Shown: positions 38,682 through 49,401, counted from the stretch's first letter. The stretch is 64,000 bases of DNA from Candidatus Cloacimonadales bacterium (GCA_963665815.1 OY762463.1:3488001-3552000); one strand, 5' to 3'. Translations and numbers: made by a program. Notes: generated by a model from the sequence alone, not told the origin.

Positions 38682-39097
38682 TCCAGGTAGTTATCCTTTT
38701 TCACCAGTGAAAAGTAGTTGTACTTTTTCCTGCTTATTTTGTTTTCATCAAATATATCATCAAAGAGAGTAATCACTCTCCTGTGAGACGTAAAGCTTTT
38801 TATAATCAATGCGAATTTTTCCAGCCTAGAACTGAATAACATTTTTTTGTATTCATTTATTACGTTATGCAGTTCCATTAAATTCGAGGTATCTGTTTTA
38901 AGGAATTTAGCATTAAAAACAATGAAGTATCTTGCACTTCGTTTCGCATCATTTTGTACGAACTCAAGACATTGCTTCAATACTTTAGATTCATTACTGA
39001 TTCTTACATTATATAGAAATACTTTCTTTTTTTTATATATTACAATTTCTCTGGATACGGATTCTTCTGCTTGTTCAAACTTATCCCAGATAGGCAT
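38666..39097 (-). CDS. Hypothetical protein
   Basis: 143-aa ORF coupled between asd and radC; AAGGA RBS. Confidence 0.65.
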   Translation of the reverse strand: MPIWDKFEQAEESVSREIVIYKKKKVFLYNVRISNESKVLKQCLEFVQNDAKRSARYFIVFNAKFLKTDTSNLMELHNVINEYKKMLFSSRLEKFALIIKSFTSHRRVITLFDDIFDENKISRKKYNYFSLVKKDNYLEWLLK

Positions 39098-39100
39098 AAT

Positions 39101-40093
39101 TTATCCTTTATTTATTTTATTATGTTTGATCATTATTCGTACGGCATTGGTCGCAGCTCCTACGAATACATTATGTGCAATGTTTACAAAACTTAATGAA
39201 TAATCATCAAGCCCTTTCCTCAGTCTGCATACATGAGAATACTCTCGTTCAGTGCTACTCTCAATAGATTTCGGAGTAATGGTATTCTTGTGAAGTTTAA
39301 CATGCTCTGTCATAGATAGAATATATTCTGCTTTGGAAATATCAACTTTTTTCTTGAATTTTGTGTGTATTGCTATAGTGTGTCCATATATAACAGGAAC
39401 TCTGATTGTTGTAGCGGATACATTTATCTCCTGACAATCAAATATCTTTTGAGTCTCTGTTAACATTTTCAATTCTTCACTGCAATATCCGTTATCTGTA
39501 ATATCACCGATTTGAGGGATTACATTATTACGTATTGGGGCACTGAAGCATGATTCCGTATTGATATTCTTTTCTTCATTTATCAAACTCATTATCCCAT
39601 TATTACCTGCACCTGATACAGACTGATAAGTACTTGTAACAATCTCATCAATGGAGTATTCGTTATGCAGATCTGCCAATGCAATAACCATTTGGATTGT
39701 AGAACAATTCGGATTGGCAATAATACCTTGATAGTCCTTTAAAGTATGGCTGTTTAATTCCGGTACGACAAGAGGGATGTTCTTATCGGATCTGAAAGCT
39801 GATGAGTTATCAATAATAATGCTGCCTGCCTGTGCTGCTATTGGAGAGAAATGTTTTGAGATTGATCCACCGGATGAAAAAAGCAGATAGTCAAATTTCT
39901 CTTTCATGGATTCTTCTGTGAGAGTCTCAACAGAGATTTCTTTATCCCTGAATTTCAATATCTGTCCGGCAGATTTTCGGGAGGCGAAAAGATGCAGATC
40001 AATTTCACTAAAACTGCTGTCTTTGATTGAACTAACCTGTTCAATCATAGCTCTACCTACTGCCCCTGTTGCTCCGACAATACCTATTTTCAT
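39101..40093 (-). CDS. asd: Aspartate-semialdehyde dehydrogenase
   Basis: IGIVGATGAVG, IDNSSAFR, IANPNCSTIQ, STYQSVSGAG; start moved to ATG 40093 (GGAG RBS). Confidence 0.96.
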   Translation of the reverse strand: MKIGIVGATGAVGRAMIEQVSSIKDSSFSEIDLHLFASRKSAGQILKFRDKEISVETLTEESMKEKFDYLLFSSGGSISKHFSPIAAQAGSIIIDNSSAFRSDKNIPLVVPELNSHTLKDYQGIIANPNCSTIQMVIALADLHNEYSIDEIVTSTYQSVSGAGNNGIMSLINEEKNINTESCFSAPIRNNVIPQIGDITDNGYCSEELKMLTETQKIFDCQEINVSATTIRVPVIYGHTIAIHTKFKKKVDISKAEYILSMTEHVKLHKNTITPKSIESSTEREYSHVCRLRKGLDDYSLSFVNIAHNVFVGAATNAVRIMIKHNKINKG

Positions 40094-40173
40094 ATTTTTT
40101 CTCCGATATTCTGGAAAATGAGATTGGGACACTTTTTGTCAAATTATTATGCGAAACAATATAATCTTGCAGG

Positions 40174-41895
40174 TCAATCTTGTTTCTGAACGACAAAAAA
40201 AAGTCTGGAGTATGTTTTGTCCAGTTGCCCCGGATTATTATTAATCAGGTTTCTTGCAGTAGTCATTGAATGTATTCCATGCAGTTGAAGACCTGATTCT
40301 CCCAGCAATCGCATAATAGTTTCTACCGGGAATATAGTCTGCTGATGTAATTCTTCGTGTAACTCGTATCCATAAAACTCACGTCGGAATATTCTCAAAT
40401 GATTTTCCTGAACGTTTTCATCTCTGAAATAATCGCTCATGTGTACAAACAGATCATCTCCGTGCTGTTCTACATTCACAAATCCATCGAAATGCTCAGT
40501 ACAATTGAATACAGTAGAAATATCAAATATGAATAAGCCGTTGTCCTCCAAGGATTCATATACATTGAAGAAGAGCTTAAGAACTTCAAACTCACTCTCA
40601 AGGTAGTTTATACTGTCGAAGAGCAAAAGAATCAGATCATAATCGGTACGGGGGAGTGGTGCTGTCATGTCCTGAAGGAACAGTTCCGGATGGTTTCTCT
40701 TTTTTCTTGCAATCCGCAGCATTCCCGCAGAATTATCAGAAGCATGACACTCGATTCCTTTATTAACAAGTAAGGATGCTACATTACATGTACCGCATGC
40801 CAACTCGTGAACCAGCTTTGGACTTCTCTTCAAAATCTTATTAAATTTCCCGAGAACAAATTTTACCCATTTATCATAGTCAACATGTTCCATATATTTA
40901 TCATAGATATCAGAAAAAGTCTGATAGGAGGAAGGATGTACTTCAGTTTGATATCCGGTAAGCATTTCAGCTTTGTTCAAGGCAGAGATCAAACTCATTT
41001 CTGAGGCTGTTCCTTTACCTGCTATATCAAAAGCAGTTCCATGATCTACTGATGTTCTCACATAGGGAAGACCAAGTGTAACATTAACACCGGAGTTTTT
41101 ATGCAGCATTTTGAAAGGGATTAATCCCTGATCGTGATAGGGAGAGATTACAACATCATAATCATCTGCATGATATGCAAAGAATGTATCTGCCGGGAAT
41201 GGTCCATCAATAGCAATACCTTTCTTTTTAAAATCCTGGATAATAATTTTCATTTCTGAATCTATTGTGCCGAAAGCACCATTTTCTCCAGCATGCGGAT
41301 TTACTGCCAGAAGGGCATATCTCATTCCTGCATAAACAGAATTTATAATGTTACAGGCTGTTGTGATTTTAGTCTTTATTTTTCCAGAAGTAAGCTGCTC
41401 ATATAGTTTTGTGATTTCCACATGAGTAGTCAACAAGGTCAGAATGAACTTGTCTCCCCAGAAACTCATCACAGGATCTTCTACATTGGAATGTTGGGCA
41501 AGATATTCTGTATGACCGATGAAGTCAGGATTGCTTTTTTGTATTTCATGTTTTGATACAGGGCAGGTCACAATTGCCTGGACTTTACCTGAATCTATAT
41601 CTACCAGGATTTTATCCAGAATTCTTAAAGAATATGCACCACTTTGCTCGGATGGTTCTCCCGGTTCAAACTTAGTTTCGGAAATAATGTTAAGCAGATA
41701 AACATCTGCGGGATCAACTGCTTCATCAATGCTGGCAATGATTTTGAATCTGTGGTTGTATTTTTCAAAAACCTGTGCTGAACCGTATACTACATAGATT
41801 GTGTTGCGTGCATGTTTATAGAATTCTAAAGCTTTGGCAGTAATTTCCGGACCTATACCACATGGATCACCTGTACTGATAGCTATTCTCTTCAT
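40174..41895 (-). CDS. pdxA: PdxA fused to a C-terminal class I SAM methyltransferase
   Basis: GDPCGIGPE, GHTEYL, NPHAGE, YHDQGLIP, RTSVDHGTAFDIAG; then YDKYMEHVDY, ELACGT, FDSINYL, GLFIFD. Confidence 0.9.
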   Translation of the reverse strand: MKRIAISTGDPCGIGPEITAKALEFYKHARNTIYVVYGSAQVFEKYNHRFKIIASIDEAVDPADVYLLNIISETKFEPGEPSEQSGAYSLRILDKILVDIDSGKVQAIVTCPVSKHEIQKSNPDFIGHTEYLAQHSNVEDPVMSFWGDKFILTLLTTHVEITKLYEQLTSGKIKTKITTACNIINSVYAGMRYALLAVNPHAGENGAFGTIDSEMKIIIQDFKKKGIAIDGPFPADTFFAYHADDYDVVISPYHDQGLIPFKMLHKNSGVNVTLGLPYVRTSVDHGTAFDIAGKGTASEMSLISALNKAEMLTGYQTEVHPSSYQTFSDIYDKYMEHVDYDKWVKFVLGKFNKILKRSPKLVHELACGTCNVASLLVNKGIECHASDNSAGMLRIARKKRNHPELFLQDMTAPLPRTDYDLILLLFDSINYLESEFEVLKLFFNVYESLEDNGLFIFDISTVFNCTEHFDGFVNVEQHGDDLFVHMSDYFRDENVQENHLRIFRREFYGYELHEELHQQTIFPVETIMRLLGESGLQLHGIHSMTTARNLINNNPGQLDKTYSRLFFVVQKQD

Positions 41896-41954
41896 CGAAA
41901 AGCTCCTGATTATTAATAAGAATCAAACAAAATACAGGTATATAAATTGTAAAT

Positions 41955-41988
41955 AAAAAAGAAAAGGGCTATCATTTAAAGATAGCCC
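41955..41988 (-). terminator. Intrinsic terminator after add-pyrE
   Basis: GGGCTATC/GATAGCCC stem, T-rich tail on the minus strand. Confidence 0.85.
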
Positions 41989-42011
41989 ATATACAATATG
42001 ATATTGTTGAA

Positions 42012-42584
42012 TTACTTCTTATCGCTTGATCCCGGAGTTGTGATAGGATCTCCTGCTTTGCATTGAGGACATTCTTCCGGTAAGTAAGACTGGATATCTA
42101 CAGTATGCAGGGCATAGGTAGGATGTCCGAAATCTGTTTTACCGCCGGATCTGTCTACAATCAGCCCTATAGCAGTTACATTTATTTCTCTTTTCTTGAG
42201 TGCTTCGAGTACTTCAAAAACAGATCCACCTGTTGTAACGATGTCTTCAATGATTATTGCTTTATCACCGGCACTGATTGGGAAACCGTTTCGGATAGTC
42301 ATTTCACCGTCTTTACGCTGTGTAAAAACAAACTTTTTACCAAGTTTCTTTGCTACTTCATAAGCGAGTACAATTCCACCCATTGCAGGACCAACAATTA
42401 TGTCCGCTTCAATATCTTTCAGTTTATCGGCAAGAAGTTCACATAATTGTGATACTTTTTCCGGATCATGTATCAATTTGATTTTCTCAATGTAAGTATC
42501 GGAATGTCTTCCTGAAGTAAGTTTAAAGTGACCTTTAAGTAATGCTTTTGCTTCTATCAGCAATTTTTCAACAGTGCTCATCAA
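42012..42584 (-). CDS. pyrE: Orotate phosphoribosyltransferase
   Basis: GHFKLTSGRHS, GPAMGGI, IIEDIVTTGGS. Confidence 0.96.
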   Translation of the reverse strand: MMSTVEKLLIEAKALLKGHFKLTSGRHSDTYIEKIKLIHDPEKVSQLCELLADKLKDIEADIIVGPAMGGIVLAYEVAKKLGKKFVFTQRKDGEMTIRNGFPISAGDKAIIIEDIVTTGGSVFEVLEALKKREINVTAIGLIVDRSGGKTDFGHPTYALHTVDIQSYLPEECPQCKAGDPITTPGSSDKK

Positions 42585-42591
42585 TCCTCCG

Positions 42592-43665
42592 TTAGATTTT
42601 TTCTTCCAGAATTATTGGTTTTTTCATGTTTTGTTCTTCCAGAACTGACATTTCTGCCAACGCTTCATTCAGTATTCTTACTTTTTCATTGTAAGGATAG
42701 AATGATGATTTGAAGCCGTTAATTATTAGCAACTTGAGTTCCGGATAACTAATTCCGAGTTCATTGATTGCAAGCATGTATTCATCTGTCAAGGTTGTAT
42801 CTGAAATTAATCTGTTATCTGTGTTAAGAGTCACTCTTAAACCATACTCAAGATAGAATGAAAGTGGGTGCTCTTTGATTGATGGTACGGCTTTTGTGTG
42901 CATATTGCTTTTTACGCAGATTTCCAGCGGGATTCTATGGTCATTCACAAAGTTAAGCAGATCGCCGTCTTCTTTCAGTCTGGTACCATGACCGATTCTA
43001 TGGGTTCCACAATATTGCAGAGCCTGATGAATACTGGCAGGACCATAAGCTTCTCCGGCATGTATTGTTACATTCAGGTTATTCTTAAGAGCCAGATCGA
43101 ATGCTTCTTTATGGTCAAGAGCAGGATTATCATATTCAGCTCCGGCAAGATCGAATCCCAGTACACCATTATGCTTGTAGGCAACAGCCAGTTCAGCAAG
43201 TTTAATCGATATCTTCGGATCCATATTTCTGATACCACAGATAATAACACCGGTTTTGATATTGTATTTTCTCTCAGCTTTTCTCAGTCCTCTGATTACA
43301 GCGTCGGAAATCTGAGTAAGTTTAAGACCTTTATCTGTGTGCAGGATTGGAGAATATCTTACTTCCATATATCTGATATTTTCTGCGGCGGCATCTTCAG
43401 CAAGTTCAAAAGCAGTTCTTTCGAGGGCCGCTTCTGTCTGAAGCACGGAAAGCGTAACACCGAAACCTCTCAGGTATTCGTTAAGGCTTTTACATTCTTT
43501 ATCACAGCAGACAATTTTCTTTAAGCTTTTTTCATCGTTAGCAGGGAGTTTGACTTTCTGCTCTTTTGCCAGTTCAAAAATCGTCGGAATTCTCAGAGAG
43601 CCGTCAAGGTGTACATGAAGATCTACTTTAGGCAGCTTGTGAATGAATTCTCTTGTCAATTTCAT
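42592..43665 (-). CDS. add: Adenosine deaminase
   Basis: PKVDLHVHLDGS, TIHAGE, RIGHG, NTDN. Confidence 0.95.
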   Translation of the reverse strand: MKLTREFIHKLPKVDLHVHLDGSLRIPTIFELAKEQKVKLPANDEKSLKKIVCCDKECKSLNEYLRGFGVTLSVLQTEAALERTAFELAEDAAAENIRYMEVRYSPILHTDKGLKLTQISDAVIRGLRKAERKYNIKTGVIICGIRNMDPKISIKLAELAVAYKHNGVLGFDLAGAEYDNPALDHKEAFDLALKNNLNVTIHAGEAYGPASIHQALQYCGTHRIGHGTRLKEDGDLLNFVNDHRIPLEICVKSNMHTKAVPSIKEHPLSFYLEYGLRVTLNTDNRLISDTTLTDEYMLAINELGISYPELKLLIINGFKSSFYPYNEKVRILNEALAEMSVLEEQNMKKPIILEEKI

Positions 43666-44118
43666 ATATTCCTCCTTAAATATTTTATATTTTAATGTTG
43701 TATTTCAGGTTGTCAGAACTGAAGTTCTGTAACTCATAATAAGATAACTATTACGCTGAGAATGCAAAATATTTAGTTCATACTGCAAAGTCAGCTTAAC
43801 ATGCAATTTTACTATTTTGTTCAGAAGCTTGTCAATAAATATGTTGAAATTCAGTTGAGGGGTATTCTTGTAAATCACAGTTCATGCATTTATTGAGACA
43901 ACCGTCCGATTGCCTCTACGCGAGTGGTAGAATTTCTCAAGTTTGTACCTACACTTAGCAAGTCGTTTATGGAACACTGTCAAACTTTATGCACACCCAA
44001 ACAGTACAAGTTCCTCCTTGTGGGAGGAAAGATATCCGAAAGAAAATAAAGGAGGTTAATTACATAGTATAAACCGAAGACATGGTTGGATGGAGTGTGT
44101 ACAACGCTATATCAAAAT

Positions 44119-44865
44119 TTACTCAACCCTCGTAATCGTTCCCGAGTAAAACGGCTGGATCATTCTGTTCTGTAACTCAAGCAGGATAGCACCATCGGAA
44201 TTTATTCCTTTAACTATACCTGAGAAATCCTGAAACTCAGTAGAGATTGTTATCTGCTTCCCTGTGAGATAGGCATTATTGTTGAAGTTCTCAATATATT
44301 TCTTGAAGCCAGATTCAATGAAATGTGGAAACTCCTGATATAGTTTGTCAAAGAAAATCCTGAGTAATTCGCTGTGATCAGTTGTTTTACCTGTAATGCT
44401 CAAAAGTGAATCTGGATTATTTCCATCTATTTCCGGGAAATCGGAGACATTAGTATTCAAACCAATTCCTATAAGATAGTACTTGTGATAAGTAAGTTGA
44501 GTAACCAGAATTCCTGCAATTTTTCTATCATTATAGTAAATATCATTAGGCCATTTCAATTTGAGAAAAGGGGCAAGTCCAGGATAATATTCCGCAATGG
44601 AATCACGCATCAGGCAACCCATAAACAGAGTTAGGTTAGAGTTAAGCGAAACGTTGCTGAGGCAGAGTGTAAACCAAAGTCCACCTTCGGGGGAAAACCA
44701 GGAGTTACCGGTTCTGCCTTTTCCTGATGTCTGTTTTTCAGCGACAATAAGTGTATTACCTGAGATTTCTTTTTTCTTAATCAGATCGGTTGCTTTCTGC
44801 ATAGTGCTGTTAACACGGACAAAGCTCAGTACGTCATCCAGAAAAGGGTGTTCAAAGTTCTTCAT
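44119..44865 (-). CDS. birA: Biotin protein ligase (group I, no HTH)
   Basis: QTSGKGRTGNSWFSP, LKWPND, KIAGIL, GIGLN. Confidence 0.95.
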   Translation of the reverse strand: MKNFEHPFLDDVLSFVRVNSTMQKATDLIKKKEISGNTLIVAEKQTSGKGRTGNSWFSPEGGLWFTLCLSNVSLNSNLTLFMGCLMRDSIAEYYPGLAPFLKLKWPNDIYYNDRKIAGILVTQLTYHKYYLIGIGLNTNVSDFPEIDGNNPDSLLSITGKTTDHSELLRIFFDKLYQEFPHFIESGFKKYIENFNNNAYLTGKQITISTEFQDFSGIVKGINSDGAILLELQNRMIQPFYSGTITRVE

Positions 44866-44872
44866 GGGAGTC

Positions 44873-45907
44873 CTAAATAATTATCATAGAGTCACCATAG
44901 CTGAAAAAACGATATTTCTCTGCTACAGCTTCATTGTATGCTTTCATAGTGCTTTCATATCCGCCAAAGGCAGAGACAAGCATCAGTAAAGTTGATTCCG
45001 GCATGTGGAAGTTAGTAATAAGACCATCAATAATCTGGAAGCTTTTACCGGGGTAAATAAACAGGTTGGTCCATTTCTCACCGTGAGTGAGTTGTCCGGA
45101 TTCTGCAAAGCTTTCCAGTGTTCTACAGGTTGTTGTACCCACCGCAATGATTCTGCGTCCTTCTTTTTTTGCCAGATTAATCTTATCTGCTGTTTCCTGG
45201 CTGATTGTGCAGAATTCTGAATGCATTGAGTGATTCTGAATGTTATCATTCTTTACAGGTCGGAATGTTCCGAGTCCAACATGAAGAAGAACATCAATTA
45301 TTTCAATTCCCATGTCCTGAATTGATGCCAGGATTTCATCCGTAAAATGCAAGCCGGCTGTTGGGGCTGCAACAGATCCCGGAATTCTCGAATATACAGT
45401 CTGATAAGTCTCTTTATCTTTTTGTTCAGCTGCTCTTCTGATGTATGGAGGAAGAGGGGTTTTACCAATTTTATCAATTTCATTAAACAAGTCCGTGGCA
45501 GGCTTGAAACAAATTTTTCTCATTCCCTCATCAGCCATGTCAATGATTTCAGCTTTCAAGGAATCAGAGAATACTACCTGCGCACCGGGCATTAATCTTC
45601 TTCCTGGTTTCACAAGACAATTCCAGATGTTAGTCTCGATCTCATCAACAAGGAATATCTCAACATCTGCACCGGTTGTCTTCTTACCGAACAGCCTTGC
45701 CGGTATTACTTTTGTGTGGTTCCTTACAAGAATATCTCCCGGTTTGAAGAATGATGTAATATCTGAAAAATTCTTATGTGTAACTGTACCGTCATTCTTA
45801 TCAAGATGAAGAAGTCTGGAACCTGATCTGTTTTCAACGGGATATTGAGCGATTTGTTCTACAGGTAAGTTATAAAAATAACTGCTTCTAAGTAAGAGCT
45901 TATTCAT
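44873..45907 (-). CDS. queA: SAM:tRNA ribosyltransferase-isomerase
   Basis: TKVIPARL, PLPPYI, GSVAAPTAGLHF, TNFH, YRFFSYGD. Confidence 0.98.
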   Translation of the reverse strand: MNKLLLRSSYFYNLPVEQIAQYPVENRSGSRLLHLDKNDGTVTHKNFSDITSFFKPGDILVRNHTKVIPARLFGKKTTGADVEIFLVDEIETNIWNCLVKPGRRLMPGAQVVFSDSLKAEIIDMADEGMRKICFKPATDLFNEIDKIGKTPLPPYIRRAAEQKDKETYQTVYSRIPGSVAAPTAGLHFTDEILASIQDMGIEIIDVLLHVGLGTFRPVKNDNIQNHSMHSEFCTISQETADKINLAKKEGRRIIAVGTTTCRTLESFAESGQLTHGEKWTNLFIYPGKSFQIIDGLITNFHMPESTLLMLVSAFGGYESTMKAYNEAVAEKYRFFSYGDSMIII

Positions 45908-46676
45908 TTATGTCCTTTCTGTTTTTCTCAATTTTCTCAAGTATTGCATAGAAACTGCCGAAAGCGAACTTTGATCTGAGTTTAACAGGGATTTTCTTTT
46001 CATCGTTTGTTATCCATATGAATATTTTTCCAGTCTGCTTGAAGATTGCTTCACCTTTCAGTATAGGTTCGATCAAAAAACATTCTTTTTCACCAAGCGG
46101 AGTGTCTATTGTCTCAATCTTGTGAACTTTAACTTCCGCGTTATAGTTGACACCATCTGCTGTAACATTCACAAATTCGCTTTTACCAACTTCAAGATCT
46201 CTTTGTCTGATCCAGTAGAAAGCACTGAGGATATCCTGAGTATCTCCGGCAATGTCCATGCGGCTTTCTTTCATTTTTCTTTTTTTGAAATCGTACTTCT
46301 TATAGAATGTAAATCCCTGTTCCGGATAGTATGAATGAATTCTCAGTTGTCTGTAAGAGCCTTCATGCAGTCTTTTGGTAAACTGACGAGATGAAAGTTT
46401 TTTCTTGTCCCAGATAGAAGTAATATTGTCTCGCACTTTATAAACTTTGTCAAAAAAAGAATTGGTTTTAGCAAGAGATGTTATTCTGTATACTGCAGTT
46501 GAATCTCCATAGACTTCTTCTTGTATCTGTAATGCTGCTTCTCCAGCGGAAACAACTCCGAATTTCACTTTAAAAGTGAGTTTTTCACCCTGAGAGAAAT
46601 ATTCATGTATGTTTTCATCTGCCAAGATAATTGTTGATGTCAGGCATATTAATACGCACAATACAAAGTTTTTCAT
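45900..46676 (-). CDS. DUF3108-like exported protein
   Basis: Signal peptide, GEKLTFKVKFG, YKVRD, QDILSAFY, IWITNDEKKIPVK. Confidence 0.78.
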   Translation of the reverse strand: MKNFVLCVLICLTSTIILADENIHEYFSQGEKLTFKVKFGVVSAGEAALQIQEEVYGDSTAVYRITSLAKTNSFFDKVYKVRDNITSIWDKKKLSSRQFTKRLHEGSYRQLRIHSYYPEQGFTFYKKYDFKKRKMKESRMDIAGDTQDILSAFYWIRQRDLEVGKSEFVNVTADGVNYNAEVKVHKIETIDTPLGEKECFLIEPILKGEAIFKQTGKIFIWITNDEKKIPVKLRSKFAFGSFYAILEKIEKNRKDINE

Positions 46677-47407
46677 CAGTGTTTCCCTCCGGTCAGGAAG
46701 AATTCTTCTCCGGTAATATATGAATTTTGATCAGAGATCAGGTAGCTGCACAAACCGAAAAGATCTTCCGGCCTGGCAAGTCTCTGAACAGGTATGTTTT
46801 CAAGCTGTTTCTTATAATATTCTTTTCTGAATTCTCTGTATTCCTGACTGAAATGTGAATCGTCTATCTCAACCGGTCCGGGAGATACAACGTTGATAAG
46901 TATATTTTTTTCTTCTTGAGCAACTGATTTTGCAATAGAACTGATAACCGCTTTTGAAGCCGCATAGGATGATCCGTTTTTTAAACCTGATCTACTGACA
47001 TTAGATCCGAACAGAACAACTCGCCCCGGTTTATTTTCTCTCAAAACCGGCAGCATTATTTTCAGTATGTTGAACGTGCAGAGAGAATTTGTCATTAGTA
47101 CATTTTCCCATCTTTCAACACTTGAGTCAGCCAGAGATTTAAAATCATCTGATCTAAGTGAAGCTGTATGAATAAGGCAGTCCGGTCTATGCTCTTTAAG
47201 TACCGGAACCAGAACATCTTCAGCCTGAGCAAGATTGGTTAAATCAGCTTTGACTATAATTACAGAGCTGTTGTTTTTCAACGTATCAATCCTGAAAGAT
47301 GATTTGTTATACAGAAGGACTAACTTATGATCATGATGCAAAAATCTTCTTGCCAGATCAAAACCAATGTTTCCATTACTGCCTGTAATCAGTATAGTTT
47401 TACCCAT
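46676..47407 (-). CDS. SDR family oxidoreductase
   Basis: ITGSNGNIG, YAASK, NVVSPG. Confidence 0.92.
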   Translation of the reverse strand: MGKTILITGSNGNIGFDLARRFLHHDHKLVLLYNKSSFRIDTLKNNSSVIIVKADLTNLAQAEDVLVPVLKEHRPDCLIHTASLRSDDFKSLADSSVERWENVLMTNSLCTFNILKIMLPVLRENKPGRVVLFGSNVSRSGLKNGSSYAASKAVISSIAKSVAQEEKNILINVVSPGPVEIDDSHFSQEYREFRKEYYKKQLENIPVQRLARPEDLFGLCSYLISDQNSYITGEEFFLTGGKH

Positions 47408-47408
47408 T

Positions 47409-48575
47409 TTATTTCCTGTTAATCATTTCAATTATGTTATCAAGTATTGCGTTAGCAACCTGATCTTTTGAGCCTACTGCTTTGTTTTCATTTTCTTCAG
47501 TAACAATAACAATTTCCGTATTGTCTGAACCAGATACCGAAATTTTATTTGCTACAATCATATCAAGATTTTTACTCAATAATTTCTTGCGAGCATTTTT
47601 CGTTATGTTCTCAGATTCTGCTGCGAAACCAACGAGAAATCTGTTACCCTTGTGCTCTCCGAGATACTTCAGAATATCCTTGGTTCTAACAAGATTTAGT
47701 GTCATATCTCCTGTCTTTTTTATCTTTTCTTCTGAATAACGCTCAAATGTATAATCTGTTACAGCTGCGCTTTTGATAGCAATGTCATAGTCTATATTTT
47801 TCACCGCTTCAAACATCTCGCTTGCAGTTTCTGCTTTTCGAGAGTATACATATTCCGGAATGTTTTCACTAACATCAGCATGGATGAGTGTAACTTCAGC
47901 ACCACGAGCATATAATGCTCTGGCAAGTGCCAGTCCCATTTTCCCTGATGAATGATTTGTAAGGAATCTCATAGGGTCAATATGTTCTCTGCATGCTCCG
48001 GCTGTCACGAGGACTTTCTTTCCTGCAAAATCGTGATTTGTTGTATGAAGCTTGTTAATAATGAATTTAAGCATTTCTTCTGTTTTTGGAAGTCTGCCTT
48101 TTCCTTTATATCCGCAGGCAAGAGTACCTGATTCGGGAGGAAGAATATGGAAGCCGTATGCCTTCAGCGTATCTATATTAGATTGAACGGCTATATTTTC
48201 ATACATATGAACATTCATTGCCGGAAATACTATTTTGGGTGTGGTAACGGCCAGCAGAGTAGAAGTGAGCAAGTCGTCAGCAATGCCATGAGCGGCTTTT
48301 GCCAGAAAGTTTGCAGTTGCAGGGGCTATTACCATTATATCGCACCAGTCGGCAAGATCTATGTGCTTAATGGGATCAGTATGGTCAAATCCATCAATAT
48401 GAACATTATTATGTATAATTGAACTGAATGTTAAGGGTGAAACGAACTTCGCAGCATTTTCTGTCATAACAACTTTCACATCAAAGTTCTTCTTCATGAG
48501 TTGACTTGCAAGGTCAACAGTTTTATAAACAGCTATTCCACCGGTTACCGCCAGTAATACTTTAGTTTTTTTCAT
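47409..48575 (-). CDS. coaBC: Phosphopantothenoylcysteine decarboxylase/ligase
   Basis: TGGIAVYK, APATAN, PAMNVHM, LACG, NHSSGKMG, GFAAES. Confidence 0.97.
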   Translation of the reverse strand: MKKTKVLLAVTGGIAVYKTVDLASQLMKKNFDVKVVMTENAAKFVSPLTFSSIIHNNVHIDGFDHTDPIKHIDLADWCDIMVIAPATANFLAKAAHGIADDLLTSTLLAVTTPKIVFPAMNVHMYENIAVQSNIDTLKAYGFHILPPESGTLACGYKGKGRLPKTEEMLKFIINKLHTTNHDFAGKKVLVTAGACREHIDPMRFLTNHSSGKMGLALARALYARGAEVTLIHADVSENIPEYVYSRKAETASEMFEAVKNIDYDIAIKSAAVTDYTFERYSEEKIKKTGDMTLNLVRTKDILKYLGEHKGNRFLVGFAAESENITKNARKKLLSKNLDMIVANKISVSGSDNTEIVIVTEENENKAVGSKDQVANAILDNIIEMINRK

Positions 48576-48824
48576 AAGAATCTTCCTTTATGGAAACAAT
48601 TAAAATCTTAGATACATTGTATTTTGAAGTAATGCAAATTTAAGTCTGAATAATGTCAATATGAAGTTTTTTTTTACACGAAGCGCTGTCAATCTGTTCA
48701 TTGTATAATTCTTTTAATTGCATAGATATATAGACTTAAGTATATTTGTATTTAATCCTTGACAAGGAAACAGAGTTGTTTTTTTTTGCAATGATAGTAG
48801 AAGAATATTGGAAAAAGATTTTTT

Positions 48825-48851
48825 ACTGACTCTGTCGGGTCAGTTTTTTTT
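48825..48851 (+). promoter_or_regulatory. Terminator-like hairpin (attenuator) in the rimP leader
   Basis: ACTGACTC-TGTC-GGGTCAGT plus T run, between TTGACA (48759) and rimP. Confidence 0.7.
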
Positions 48852-48910
48852 ACACTATACCACTGTTTCATTTCTGATCCGCAGTGGTATTCTAATTTAC
48901 AGGAAATACG

Positions 48911-49399
48911 ATGAGTTTTCAAAATAAAATTTTAGACAGACTGGAAAATATCGCCGAAGAAATCTGTGATTCTTTAGGATTATCGGTATATGATATTGAA
49001 CATAAAAATACTCAGAAGGGTAAAGTAATAATTGTATACATTACCAGAATAGGTGGTGTTTCAATCTCTGATTGTGAATCAGTAAGCAGGAATATGTCTG
49101 ATGTGCTTGATGCAGAAGACTTTATTCCCGGTACTTTTTTTCTGGAAGTATCTTCAATGGGGCTTGAGCGTACATTGAAATACAAGAAGCATTATAAAAG
49201 TGCTATAAATGAATCAATAAAAGTTACATATAAAGATGAAAATAATAAGACAATAACAGTAAAAGGAATTCTTGCTGAAGTTCTTCCTGACAGTATCAAG
49301 ATGTTAAGCAAGGATGAAGAAATACTGCTAAGCCTGAACAGCATTAAAAAAGCTAAGACAGTATTTGATATTAAAAAAGATATGAAACTCAAGGAGTAA
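48911..49399 (+). CDS. rimP: Ribosome maturation factor RimP
   Basis: [25 protein letters not shown]. Confidence 0.95.
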   Translation: MSFQNKILDRLENIAEEICDSLGLSVYDIEHKNTQKGKVIIVYITRIGGVSISDCESVSRNMSDVLDAEDFIPGTFFLEVSSMGLERTLKYKKHYKSAINESIKVTYKDENNKTITVKGILAEVLPDSIKMLSKDEEILLSLNSIKKAKTVFDIKKDMKLKE

Positions 49400-49401
49400 C
49401 A

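Noticed and set aside
43666..43830. Purine riboswitch upstream of adenosine deaminase
   Set aside because: Core purine aptamer motifs (AUAUGG loop, GUUUCUAC, CCGUAAA) are absent on the minus strand.
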